Shown here: positions 24,985 to 33,463 of the stretch, in pieces
Position numbering within the stretch: the first letter of the stretch is position 1
Layout: the number at the start of each line of letters is the position of its first letter
Source: an uncultured Enterobacteriaceae bacterium
Lineage (GTDB): Bacteria; Pseudomonadota; Gammaproteobacteria; Burkholderiales; SG8-39
Direction of reading: 5' to 3'
Assembly: GCA_964582155.1 (NCBI GenBank)
Contig: CAZOSA010000002.1
Location: 1,432 to 53,968 of the forward strand
Length of the DNA: 52,537 bases
Program-made: the position numbers and the translations under genes
Notes under the pieces: model-generated
What the model saw: the letters and a program-made list of their open reading frames with translations, nothing else
The model's database searches: none
What the model was told of the DNA's origin: nothing

Positions 24985-25803
24985 TCACGGCAGGGCCCCT
25001 TGCAACGGTCCCGCGCTAACAGCGCGCGGCGTCACGCCGCGGATCACGCGGGCGTGAATGACCGATGAGGGTTTGCCAAACGCCGTGTGGTAGTTGGCGA
25101 GCTTGAAGTAGCAACCCTGGCCCGGATACAGCGTAGGCCCACGGTAAGCCATCTTCTGCACGCCATTGACCCATGCATCGAAGAAACCATCGGCTCCCGA
25201 AGACCACTGGACGTGGTAGACGAAGTTGTACCACTGGTTCCTCACGACCGGGCCTATGGGCGCGTTGTAAGTGGTCGGGCTGGTCTGGTTGCCATAGGCG
25301 ACCTGGAAACTGAGCCCGGTGGGGCGGTCGGGCGAAATCGCGGTGACGGGCATTGCGTTCACCTGGAAATTGGCCTGCCCGGCACCGGGCGCGGAGTTGT
25401 GGAAATCGGCGACCACGCCCCAGTTCCACGTCGTTGCCGTGCTTTCGGGCGGGGCAACATAGTCGTCGGGAAACAGGATCGAATGCGCCCACCAGTGTTC
25501 CCGGCCATCATGACAATCGCTCGCCCGACGCGACAATGCCAGATCGCTGCGCTCGGCCGTGCGGCTACCGTGAACGTGGCTGTCTCCGGGCCTGGTATGC
25601 AGGCGCACGCCGTTCAGGCCGGCGACATGCACGATGGAAGCGCGGCCCGCCCCTTTCGACTGCTCGGCGAATCCGCAATCCTGCGGCACGCCGGTAAACA
25701 AGCAGGAATACTCAACCCCGCGATCGAGCCGAACATCGGCGCGCGCTTTCGAAACGGCGGGCACGAGACACAGGCACAAGACTGCAGGGATCAACCTGTG
25801 CAT
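24985..25803 (-). CDS. Secreted polysaccharide-lyase-like jelly-roll protein (paralogue of 6830-7771)
   Basis: 272 aa. Sec-type signal MHRLIPAVLCLCLVPAVSKARA. Same HWWAHS..WNWG..DFH..WYNFVYHVQWSSGADGFFDAWVNG..YFKLANYH pattern. Only 30 nt downstream of the lipoprotein gene. Confidence 0.6.
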   Translation of the reverse strand: MHRLIPAVLCLCLVPAVSKARADVRLDRGVEYSCLFTGVPQDCGFAEQSKGAGRASIVHVAGLNGVRLHTRPGDSHVHGSRTAERSDLALSRRASDCHDGREHWWAHSILFPDDYVAPPESTATTWNWGVVADFHNSAPGAGQANFQVNAMPVTAISPDRPTGLSFQVAYGNQTSPTTYNAPIGPVVRNQWYNFVYHVQWSSGADGFFDAWVNGVQKMAYRGPTLYPGQGCYFKLANYHTAFGKPSSVIHARVIRGVTPRAVSAGPLQGALP

Positions 25804-25833
25804 GACTACGCCGTTGGCGCGACGCGTCCTTTG

Positions 25834-27522
25834 CTACCTGAGTATGCCCACGCCGATTGCGATCGCTTGCCCGCTCGTGGACGCCACGATGAACGTGCTG
25901 CCGCCGGCGAGAACATTCCCGGCGAGACCGCCACCCAGCGTCAGCGTCCCGTCCGCGGCGACGGCATAGGTTCCGTTTCCCGCTACCGGGCTCGAGACGC
26001 CGCCCCGGTTCCGGGTCCCCGACCACGTGTAGCTGCCCGCGCCGTTGAAGGTCATCGTGCGCAGTTCGCTGTTGAAGGCATACGCCGGGAAAGGCACATC
26101 GACAGTTGCGATAAACGGTGTTCTGCGCACATCGAAGGTGATCGTGTCCAGCGGCCCGGTCGTCGCGTCGACATAGTGGAACGCGACGGTGTAGGTGCCA
26201 CCGAGGCTGGCGTTGCTGAAGGTCCCGCCACGCTTCACGCCCGCGGCAATCTCGATGGGCACCCCGCTCGTCGAGGCCAGGACGAACGTGCTGCCGTCGG
26301 CGAGAACGCTGCCAGTCAGCCCGGTATCCAGCCTCATGGTTCCGTCCACGGCGACGGCGTAGGTTCCGCTGCCCGCGACCGCGCTCGAGACGCCGCCCCG
26401 GTTGCGGGTTCCCGACCAGGTGTAGCCGCCTGCGCCATCGAACTGCACCGTGCGCAGCTCGCTGTTGAAGGCGTATCCGGGGAACGGCACGGTGGCCGTG
26501 CCGTTGAACGGGAGATCATCGGGAACAACGATGTCGATCGTATCGAGCGGCCCAGCCCTGGCGTCGGAATAGTAGTGCGCCACACCGTAGCTGCCGCTGA
26601 GGCTGGCATTGCCATACGCTCCGCTGATTTTCACGCCCGCACCCGTCTCCACGACCTCGTCGCTGGTCGCCACGAGAATGAATGTGCTGCCGCCCGCCAG
26701 TACGCCGCCGACCGGCCCGATATCCAGCGCCAGGGTGCCGTCCGCGAAGACGTTGTAGGTGCCGCTGCCCCCGACCGCTTCCGCCTCGCCGCCGGCATTG
26801 CGGGTTCCCGACCACGAATAGTTGCCTGCGCCATCGAACGCGATCGTCCCGAGCTCGGTGCTGAACACGAAGCCGGGGAACGGCACGGTGGCCGTGCCGT
26901 TGAACGGCAGATCATCGGGAACAACGATGTCGATCGTGACCGGCGGCGAGACGCTGGGATGGACGATGCTGAAGTTGAAGACGTAGCTGCCGGAAAGCGA
27001 GGCCCTCGTAGGGCCCAGCACGGCGAAGCGGCCGGCGCGCGTGGCCTGCGCGGTCAGCGTGCTCTGCGCCGCATTCTGCGAAACCGTGCGCAGCGTATCG
27101 CCGGCCGCACCCGCAATCAGTGCGACGACCTTCAATGTCGCCGGATCGCCGATGCCATGGTTCGCGAGGTACTGCTGCGAATACTTGATGGTCACGGACA
27201 CGGGTTCCGAGAAGACCGTGCCCGCCGGGCCCAGCTCGACTACCAGGACATCGCCGGAGATGCCGCCTGCGCCGATGACCTGTGCGATCGTGATGGTCGT
27301 GGGGCCCGACAGCGCGCCCGCCGGGATCACGACCTGTGTACCGGAGATCGCAGAGGATCCATCCGTGATCGCGATGGTGCCTCCGCCCGAGTCGATGACC
27401 TGGCTCTTGACCACCAGTGCCTTCGTTTCCGCGGCACTCCCGCCGCCGCCGGTGCCGACGCCGCATCCGGCCAACACCGACAACGCAATGCATGAGGCCA
27501 GGAACCGGGTCAGGTTTTTGAT
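25834..27522 (-). CDS. Repeat-containing lipoprotein (N-terminal Ig/ZU5-like region + three 132-aa repeats)
   Basis: The lipoprotein signal KNLTRFLASCIALSVLAGC begins 20 nt after the upstream gene's stop (27543). There is no in-frame ATG/GTG/TTG between that stop and the signal peptide. The only candidates are ATC at 27522 (GAGGGG 6 nt upstream) or CTG at 27513. The 897-aa ORF-track version would overlap the whole upstream GT gene. Confidence 0.6.
   Translation of the reverse strand: MKNLTRFLASCIALSVLAGCGVGTGGGGSAAETKALVVKSQVIDSGGGTIAITDGSSAISGTQVVIPAGALSGPTTITIAQVIGAGGISGDVLVVELGPAGTVFSEPVSVTIKYSQQYLANHGIGDPATLKVVALIAGAAGDTLRTVSQNAAQSTLTAQATRAGRFAVLGPTRASLSGSYVFNFSIVHPSVSPPVTIDIVVPDDLPFNGTATVPFPGFVFSTELGTIAFDGAGNYSWSGTRNAGGEAEAVGGSGTYNVFADGTLALDIGPVGGVLAGGSTFILVATSDEVVETGAGVKISGAYGNASLSGSYGVAHYYSDARAGPLDTIDIVVPDDLPFNGTATVPFPGYAFNSELRTVQFDGAGGYTWSGTRNRGGVSSAVAGSGTYAVAVDGTMRLDTGLTGSVLADGSTFVLASTSGVPIEIAAGVKRGGTFSNASLGGTYTVAFHYVDATTGPLDTITFDVRRTPFIATVDVPFPAYAFNSELRTMTFNGAGSYTWSGTRNRGGVSSPVAGNGTYAVAADGTLTLGGGLAGNVLAGGSTFIVASTSGQAIAIGVGILR
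25837..27003 (-). repeat. Three in-frame tandem coding repeats, 396-bp period
   Basis: Units 26608-27003, 26212-26607 and 25837-26211, each starting ASL(S/G)G(S/T)Y. Units 1 and 2 are identical at about 80 of 132 residues by hand alignment. They share a near-identical stretch of about 60 nt (26479-26540 vs 26875-26937). Confidence 0.85.
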
Positions 27523-27542
27523 GGCATTCCCCTCTTGACTGA

Positions 27543-28805
27543 CTACAGCCGGAGCGACGGCAGCCCGGTGCGCTGACCCGAGTGCCGTTCCGCTTTCCTG
27601 CCGCTCCAGAGCCTGTCGTACGCCGACAGCAGCTTCGGCGCCTCGTGGCGCCACTCGAGCTCGTTCTCCACGCGCCCGCGTCCGTACGCTCCCATCCGGG
27701 CGCGTCGCTCCGGATCGTCGATCAGTTCGGCGATTTTCCCGGCCAGATCGGCGCTGTCGTTCTTCCTCGCGTAAAGCGACGCCGCCTGCGCCGTGTAGCG
27801 CCCCTCCGCGAGGTCGAACTGGACGATGGGCTTGCCCAGCGCCATGTACTCCATGATCTTGTTCATGGTCGACTTGTCGTTCATCTCGCTGGCGATGTCC
27901 GGGTTGACGCACACGTCGGCGGTGTTGAGCATCGCCAGCATTTCGTCGTCGGCAACGCGCCCCGCGAACGTCACGAAGTCGGCCACACCCAGCTCCGCGG
28001 CCAGCACCTTCATCGCCTCGAGCGACGTGCCGCCGCCCACCAGGCCGAAATGGATGTCGGTGCGGGCCAGACCGAACACCAGGTGGCGGACCGCGCGCAG
28101 CAGATAGTCGATGCCCTCCTGCCTGCCCATCACGCCGACGTAGCCCACCAGGTGAGCGCGCCCGCGCTTGAGGCGATCCTCCGGCGGGCCGATCTTCAGG
28201 CGCTCCAGGCTCGGACCGCTTCTCACCACGAACACGCGATCCGGCGCCATGCCGCCGCGCTCCAACGCGATGCGCCGGTAGGACTCGTTGGTGGCGATCG
28301 CGACATCGGCGGTGCGGAACGTCCAGCGCTCCAGCCTGAGCATCAGGCGGTAAAAAAAGTCCCGCCGCCCGAATTTGGCTTCGTAGAGCTCGGGGCTGAG
28401 GTCGTGATGGTCGAAGACGAACTTCTTGCCGAACAGCTTGAAGAACCGGCCGATGAGGAAGAACAGGTCGGGCGGATTGCAGGCGTGAACGACATCGAAG
28501 CCGCGCGTCAGCAGGACCCGCCAGCACAGGACGAAGGTCCGCAACAACGCCACCGAGTATTCCATTGCATAGCCGCGCGCGCCTTCGGCCTCCACCGGCA
28601 GGTCATAGCGCCAGATGGCGATGTCCTCGATCGTCTCGAACTTCTTCTCGCAGCCCTTGCCGGTCGGGCAGACGATCGAAACGACGTAGCCGGCGTCGCG
28701 CAGGGTCGTGGCTTCCTGCCAGACGCGGCGGTCGAACGGACTGGGCAGGTTCTCCACCAGCATCAGGACCCGTCTTGGGCGGCTCAGGTCGTCCTTGGTG
28801 GCCAT
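27543..28805 (-). CDS. GT4 glycosyltransferase (WbuB-like)
   Basis: 420 aa. RRVLMLVENLPSPFDRRVWQEATTLRDAGYVVSIVCP N-terminus and NDKSTMNKIMEYMALGKPIV C-terminal motif. Confidence 0.8.
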   Translation of the reverse strand: MATKDDLSRPRRVLMLVENLPSPFDRRVWQEATTLRDAGYVVSIVCPTGKGCEKKFETIEDIAIWRYDLPVEAEGARGYAMEYSVALLRTFVLCWRVLLTRGFDVVHACNPPDLFFLIGRFFKLFGKKFVFDHHDLSPELYEAKFGRRDFFYRLMLRLERWTFRTADVAIATNESYRRIALERGGMAPDRVFVVRSGPSLERLKIGPPEDRLKRGRAHLVGYVGVMGRQEGIDYLLRAVRHLVFGLARTDIHFGLVGGGTSLEAMKVLAAELGVADFVTFAGRVADDEMLAMLNTADVCVNPDIASEMNDKSTMNKIMEYMALGKPIVQFDLAEGRYTAQAASLYARKNDSADLAGKIAELIDDPERRARMGAYGRGRVENELEWRHEAPKLLSAYDRLWSGRKAERHSGQRTGLPSLRL

Positions 28806-28811
28806 GGCGCG

Positions 28812-30125
28812 TTACCAGCAAATCCCCTCGTAGACGCCGGCAACGCTGCGGGAATCCGTGATGCGCACCAGATCGATGACGCTTTGATTGCCGGTCAGGC
28901 GCCCGGGTATGTCGGCGAATTCCGGTGCGGCATTGCCGATGACGATGGTGTCGGCGTGACTCATCACCTCGTCGATGCTCGACACCATCAGGCGCGAGAT
29001 ATGCGGAATATGATCGAGGATGTAGTCGCGGTTTGCGCCGTGGATGCGCGCGAGGCTTACATTGCTGTCGTAGATCCTGAGGTCGAACCCCTTGCCGATC
29101 AGCCGCTCCGTCAACTCCACCACCGGGCTCTCGCGCAGATCGTCCGTGCCGGCCTTGAAGCTGAATCCGAGTACCCCGACTTTCCGGCTTCCCTTCTCGA
29201 CCACCGCTCGTACTCCGCGGTCAAGCTGTTGCTCGTTGCTCGGGAGAATCGCCGCCAGTATGGGCAGCGAGATGTCCAGCGATTTCGCCTTGTACAGAAG
29301 CGCGCGCAGATCCTTGGGCAGGCAGGAGCCGCCGAAGGCGAAGCCGGGCTTCAGGTAATACGGCGACAGGTTGAGCTTCGTGTCCTTGCAGAAGATGTCC
29401 ATGACCCGGTGCCCGTCCACGTCGAGCCCCTTGCAGACGTTGCCGATCTCGTTCGCGAATCCCACCTTCAATGCATGCCACGCGTTGTCGGCGTACTTGA
29501 CCATCTCCGCCGTGTCGATGTCGGTCCGCACCAGCGGCGCATCCAGGTGGCCGTAAAGGCTCGCGAGCAGGTCGCCGCTGGCCGGGTTGAGTTCCCCGAT
29601 CACCGTCTTGGGCGGATTGAAGTAGTCGTGCACCGCGCTGCCTTCGCGCAGGAACTCCGGGTTGATGCATACGCCGAACTCCACCCCGGCGCGCCTCCCC
29701 GAGGACGCTTCGAGCGCCGGAATGACCACCCCGCGCATCGTGCCGGGCAGCATCGTGCTGCGTATCACCACCGCGGGCGCGCCCGGGTGGCAGCGCATGG
29801 CCTCGCCGATCTGCTCGGATACGCGGCGTATGTACTTGAGGTCGATGTCGCCGTTGCCGCGGCTGGGCGTTCCCACGCAAACCAGAGCGAGATCGCTTCC
29901 CCGTACCGCGTCAATAACATCGATCGTTGCCGCAAGCCTGCCCGCCGCAACCTGGCGCTCGATGATCTTGCCGATGTCCTTTTCTATGATCGGGGACTTG
30001 CCGGCGTTGATGAGATCCACCTTGCGCGGCTCCGGATCGACACCGAGCACTTCGTGGCCTTGCTGTGCCAGGCAGCCCGCCGCTACCGTGCCGACGTACC
30101 CGAGCCCCAATACGCTTATTTTCAT
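28812..30125 (-). CDS. algD: GDP-mannose 6-dehydrogenase
   Basis: ATG at 30125 with AAGGAG upstream. MKISVLGLGYVGTVAAGCL ... GFAFGGSCLPKDLRAL ... FSFKAGTDDLRESP ... EGICW is collinear with Pseudomonas AlgD as I recall it, including the C-terminal GICW. Confidence 0.8.
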   Translation of the reverse strand: MKISVLGLGYVGTVAAGCLAQQGHEVLGVDPEPRKVDLINAGKSPIIEKDIGKIIERQVAAGRLAATIDVIDAVRGSDLALVCVGTPSRGNGDIDLKYIRRVSEQIGEAMRCHPGAPAVVIRSTMLPGTMRGVVIPALEASSGRRAGVEFGVCINPEFLREGSAVHDYFNPPKTVIGELNPASGDLLASLYGHLDAPLVRTDIDTAEMVKYADNAWHALKVGFANEIGNVCKGLDVDGHRVMDIFCKDTKLNLSPYYLKPGFAFGGSCLPKDLRALLYKAKSLDISLPILAAILPSNEQQLDRGVRAVVEKGSRKVGVLGFSFKAGTDDLRESPVVELTERLIGKGFDLRIYDSNVSLARIHGANRDYILDHIPHISRLMVSSIDEVMSHADTIVIGNAAPEFADIPGRLTGNQSVIDLVRITDSRSVAGVYEGICW

Positions 30126-30199
30126 GAATCTCCTTGGTTCCGGCACCAGCGTGACGGAGGCGTTTGACGCCCTTGCCGGGCGCGACTAGTCCGGACGGA

Positions 30200-32248
30200 T
30201 CAGCAGGCGATCTCGGTACGCAGGACGACCTCGCCCTTGAGCCGGCCCCGCCATACGATGGTCGGCGCCGGCAGCTTGTCGTCGTATCGTCGCGACACCC
30301 AGCCGAAGATGGGCGCGACGCTGCCGATGAGCACTTCCGAGCTTGCTGCCTCGACGCAGGGAAGCTTGAGCTGGAGCGTCTTCCCGCCCTGGCTCAACAC
30401 GTAGCCGCCGGGGGCCGCCTCGACCCGGCAGCGCTCGCTGCAATGGAAAAGCAGTTCGATATCGTGCCGTGCCGCCATGTGCAGCGAATCCTCGATGGTC
30501 AGCAGCCTCGACGCCTTGTGCAACGCAATGCGCCGGCGATGCATCACGGGGTCATCCAGCCGCCGGTAGCCGTCCTGCCAGCCCTCGAACAAATCCTCCT
30601 CGGACGTGCTTTTCCACAGGCTGCAGCCTGCCCGCGCCTTCCTCAGCCACATGAAATTGCCGCCGGACTCCGACTGGTCCCTTGCATCCACCCGCACGGT
30701 GTTGTGCGCGGCAGTTCCGCGAAAGTACCGTCGCCACGCGCCTTGCGTATGGTAGGCATAGGTCCCGGGGTCGATCAGGAACTCCAGGCCGTCGACTGAC
30801 AAGGTAAACGAAAGGGCATCCGCATGCCCGTGGGCGGCAATGGTCCGGTACCCCAACGGCCCCGCGTCGACCACGAGACGGACTTCGCTCTTCGTTTCAA
30901 AGTCGCAACCGAGGACGTAATAGCCTCCAACGGGAAAACTCTGGCGCGGCGGCGACCCGGTCGTTGATGCGCTCTGGGCCTCGAACAGAACGTCGGCTTG
31001 CCCGCCCAGCAGCCATCGCGTCTTGTCATCGAGCGAGCCGGCCTTGCGCTTGAACTCGCCGCTGCAAAATACGACCGCCCCCGTCGCGAGCAGGGATCGA
31101 TAGGAGGAAAAGTCGTCGCCCGGCGCCAGGCGCACGACCTGGCCGTCATCGGAATCGCCGAACATCGGTACATTGCCGCCCACGTCCATGGTCGACGCGA
31201 GGTACTCGAGCATGGCCTCGACCCGCGTCTCGTAGGTGACCGAGAACCATATGCCGTTCTCCTTTCCGGCAAGGAGGCAGATCAGCAGAAAGTCGAGCAC
31301 GAACTGCTGATACGACATCGCCTGCTCCCGGTGCACGCCATCGGGAGCGATCTGGCGCCGCGCCTCGGCCTCGAGAATGGCTTTTGCCGTCGATAGCCAG
31401 TGCCTGGCCTGTGGCCAATGCGGCCACGTCAGGGCCGCGATGAACAGGCCGGCCGCTTCGCCGATGAGATGGTTGTTGGCGGACGAGTGGCGCGAAAAGT
31501 AACCGCGCACGAACCGCGCATGCTGATAGACCGATTCAAGCCAGCGCTGCCGCAGACGGGCGCCTTCGGCATCGTCGAACAGCGCCGAGCCGACTCCCCC
31601 GACGAGTTGCCAGGTGACGGACCAGTTGATCAGCCGGATCGCCACCTCGAGCGCGCTCGACCAGTTCGGGCCCATGCGGAAGGGACAGGAGGTAAACCAT
31701 GAATCCAGGTGCTTGCGGATAGCCTGCAGGTACCCGGGATCGCGACTGAGCGCATAGGCCTGCGCCAGCGTTACGAGGTGAAGGTGCCGGTTGGGTTCCC
31801 AGAGATACTTGATGTCTCCGACCAGCCGCGGGTTGCGGTAGTCGAGGTGCTTGCCGAAACTGAGCGGCGCCACGATTCTGGACTTCGGATCCTGATTCCA
31901 GCGCGGCGGCGAGCCGAGGTCGGCATTGCGCAGGGCAAAAACGTCCAGCGTGCCTTCGGCCACGCGGTTGGCGGCGGCCGTGTACAGTGCGGCATCCACT
32001 CTTGCAGTGTCGTGAATCCAGGGCCTCGACCTGACGGCAAGATCCGGGACCGGCACGGACTGCGGCCCGAAGAACAAGCCGATGCTCTGCGCATCGGCGG
32101 ATAGTGCGCGCATCAATCGATGGGCGATCTCCGCCGGTGTCATGCAGCGCAGGCGGTTGATGCGCCACCTGAACCATTCGCGGATTTGCGCTACCGTGGC
32201 GCCCGACTCCAGCCGGCCGCCCGGTTCTGCGAGATCATGTCTGGGCAT
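30200..32248 (-). CDS. Heparinase II/III-family protein (alginate-lyase-like N-terminal toroid + Hepar_II_III C-terminal domain)
   Basis: 682 aa. PPRWNQDP ... YLWEPNRHLHLVTLAQAY ... SSANNHLIGEA ... AAHGHADALSF are typical of the family. Confidence 0.7.
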   Translation of the reverse strand: MPRHDLAEPGGRLESGATVAQIREWFRWRINRLRCMTPAEIAHRLMRALSADAQSIGLFFGPQSVPVPDLAVRSRPWIHDTARVDAALYTAAANRVAEGTLDVFALRNADLGSPPRWNQDPKSRIVAPLSFGKHLDYRNPRLVGDIKYLWEPNRHLHLVTLAQAYALSRDPGYLQAIRKHLDSWFTSCPFRMGPNWSSALEVAIRLINWSVTWQLVGGVGSALFDDAEGARLRQRWLESVYQHARFVRGYFSRHSSANNHLIGEAAGLFIAALTWPHWPQARHWLSTAKAILEAEARRQIAPDGVHREQAMSYQQFVLDFLLICLLAGKENGIWFSVTYETRVEAMLEYLASTMDVGGNVPMFGDSDDGQVVRLAPGDDFSSYRSLLATGAVVFCSGEFKRKAGSLDDKTRWLLGGQADVLFEAQSASTTGSPPRQSFPVGGYYVLGCDFETKSEVRLVVDAGPLGYRTIAAHGHADALSFTLSVDGLEFLIDPGTYAYHTQGAWRRYFRGTAAHNTVRVDARDQSESGGNFMWLRKARAGCSLWKSTSEEDLFEGWQDGYRRLDDPVMHRRRIALHKASRLLTIEDSLHMAARHDIELLFHCSERCRVEAAPGGYVLSQGGKTLQLKLPCVEAASSEVLIGSVAPIFGWVSRRYDDKLPAPTIVWRGRLKGEVVLRTEIAC

Positions 32249-32257
32249 AGTGTCGGT
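32190..32257 (-). repeat. Copy A of a duplicated gene-start module
   Basis: Shares GCTACCGT ... CATG(T/C)CTGGGCATAGTGTCGGT with 33402-33463, with a 17-bp exact core at 32241-32257. Encodes MPRHDLAEPG at the start of the heparinase-family gene. Confidence 0.7.
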
Positions 32258-32263
32258 CGTACT

Positions 32264-33454
32264 TCACGCGAGGCAGCCCTGGTATAGCTTGCGGAAATCG
32301 TTTGCGAGGCGGTCCACCGTGTAGTGCTCCTGCGCCCGCCGCCGGGCTGCCTCGGCCATGCGAAACAAGCCTGTGCGGTCGTCATCGAGAACGGCTACGG
32401 CCGTGGCGAGCGCCAGAGCGTCGTTCGCCGGCACGAACAGGCCGTGTTCCCGGTCCCGCATCACATCGGGAATCGCAGCCACGGGTGTGGTTACGGGAAC
32501 GCAGCCCGCTGCCATCGCCTCCAGCAGGGAATACGGAAGGCCCTCCCTGTGGTACGTCGGAAAGACAAACACGTCTGAATCAAGCCAGAGACGCCATTTT
32601 TCCGCGGCGAATACGCTGCCGAGAAACCGGATGCGATCTCCCAGACCTGCCCTTTGCGAAGCGGCCATCAATGCGGCCTGATCCTGACCTTCGCCGGCTA
32701 TGCAAAGACTGACGTCGCGTCCGGTGCGCTGCAGTTCCGTCATTGCCTCGACAACTTCGAATAGCCCCTTGGTGCGTACCAACCGCCCGACATAGACCAG
32801 CCGCAGCGGCCTGGCTGTGTTGCAGGAGCGCGTCCGGCCGGCGAGATCCGACGGATCGATGGCATTGGGGACCAGATGGACTCTGATTCGTGGATCAAAT
32901 TTCCGGTAAGCCGCCAGTTCCGCGCTGGAGAGCACCGATACCGCGTCGCTCGACACGAGAAAGCGCCGCAGGACCCAGGTCAGGAGCGCATTGCCTCGAA
33001 AAAAAGCCTCGGGCATCGCCCCACCATGGATCTGACTCACCACACGCCGCCCCAGCATTCTGGCAACGATCAAGTAGACAAGGTCCCGCCAAAAGGCTTT
33101 CGGCTCAAGAGAAGTGTTGAGGTGCACGACCTCGGCCCTGGTACGCAGCAAGAGCAGCGCCAGTTGGACAGGGCTGAGGGCAAACCGCATCAACTTCTGC
33201 AGCACCGTCTCCCGGCGCCCCTCACTGCCAACCTCAAAATGCAGAAACTCGTAGTCCTGCGCGAGTTTGGATGCGAAAAGTATCCGCACGTGGGTCGACA
33301 CGCCGCTCACGGCGTCGAGGCATGGGCTGAGCAGAACAATCTTGAGTTTGTCTGCGGCAGCTTGCGCGCGGGCGCAGTCCGACTTCGCCTTGGCGACGGC
33401 GGCTACCGTCACCGGATCGAGCTGTCCGGGTCCTGCGAATTCATGCCTGGGCAT
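32264..33454 (-). CDS. GT4 (group 1) glycosyltransferase
   Basis: 396 aa. REGLPYSLLEAMAAGCVPVTTP motif. A 40-aa N-terminal leader beginning MPRHEFAGPG precedes the usual KIVLLS start of the fold. The start overlaps the upstream AsnB-type gene by 14 nt. Confidence 0.78.
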   Translation of the reverse strand: MPRHEFAGPGQLDPVTVAAVAKAKSDCARAQAAADKLKIVLLSPCLDAVSGVSTHVRILFASKLAQDYEFLHFEVGSEGRRETVLQKLMRFALSPVQLALLLLRTRAEVVHLNTSLEPKAFWRDLVYLIVARMLGRRVVSQIHGGAMPEAFFRGNALLTWVLRRFLVSSDAVSVLSSAELAAYRKFDPRIRVHLVPNAIDPSDLAGRTRSCNTARPLRLVYVGRLVRTKGLFEVVEAMTELQRTGRDVSLCIAGEGQDQAALMAASQRAGLGDRIRFLGSVFAAEKWRLWLDSDVFVFPTYHREGLPYSLLEAMAAGCVPVTTPVAAIPDVMRDREHGLFVPANDALALATAVAVLDDDRTGLFRMAEAARRRAQEHYTVDRLANDFRKLYQGCLA

Positions 33455-33463
33455 AGTGTCGGT
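33402..33463 (-). repeat. Copy B of a duplicated gene-start module
   Basis: 17-bp exact core at 33447-33463. Encodes MPRHEFAGPG at the start of the GT4 gene and, in another frame, the C-terminus of the AsnB-type gene. Confidence 0.7.

Noticed and set aside
6830-25803. The inverted lyase-like paralogues as ends of a composite transposon
   Set aside because: Both are intact, diverged protein-coding genes with their own signal peptides. There is no transposase apart from a short IS630 relic, and no terminal inverted repeats or target duplications were seen.
25837-27003. Tandem repeats as a CRISPR array or a diversity-generating retroelement target
   Set aside because: The period is 396 bp, in frame and fully coding, with no short repeat/spacer structure. 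No reverse transcriptase or template repeat is present in the window.
27523-28527. N-terminal 335 codons of the 897-aa ORF-track version of the lipoprotein gene
   Set aside because: This extension runs in another frame through the entire GT4 gene (27543-28805), has Arg/Pro-rich nonsense composition, and would place the lipoprotein signal peptide 335 residues inside the protein.
25087-30167. 802-aa (25087-27495) and 861-aa (27582-30167) plus-strand ORFs
   Set aside because: They are antisense to the lyase-like, lipoprotein, GT4 and AlgD-like genes, all of which have strong family signatures. The compositions are dominated by R/A/G/D/H with no motifs, so these are shadow ORFs.
24985-32248. Classical alginate (alg) operon
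   Set aside because: Only the AlgD-like dehydrogenase and lyase-like genes are present. There are no Alg8/Alg44 synthase, AlgK/AlgE export or AlgG epimerase equivalents, and the locus uses Wzx/Wzy and OPX/PCP components.
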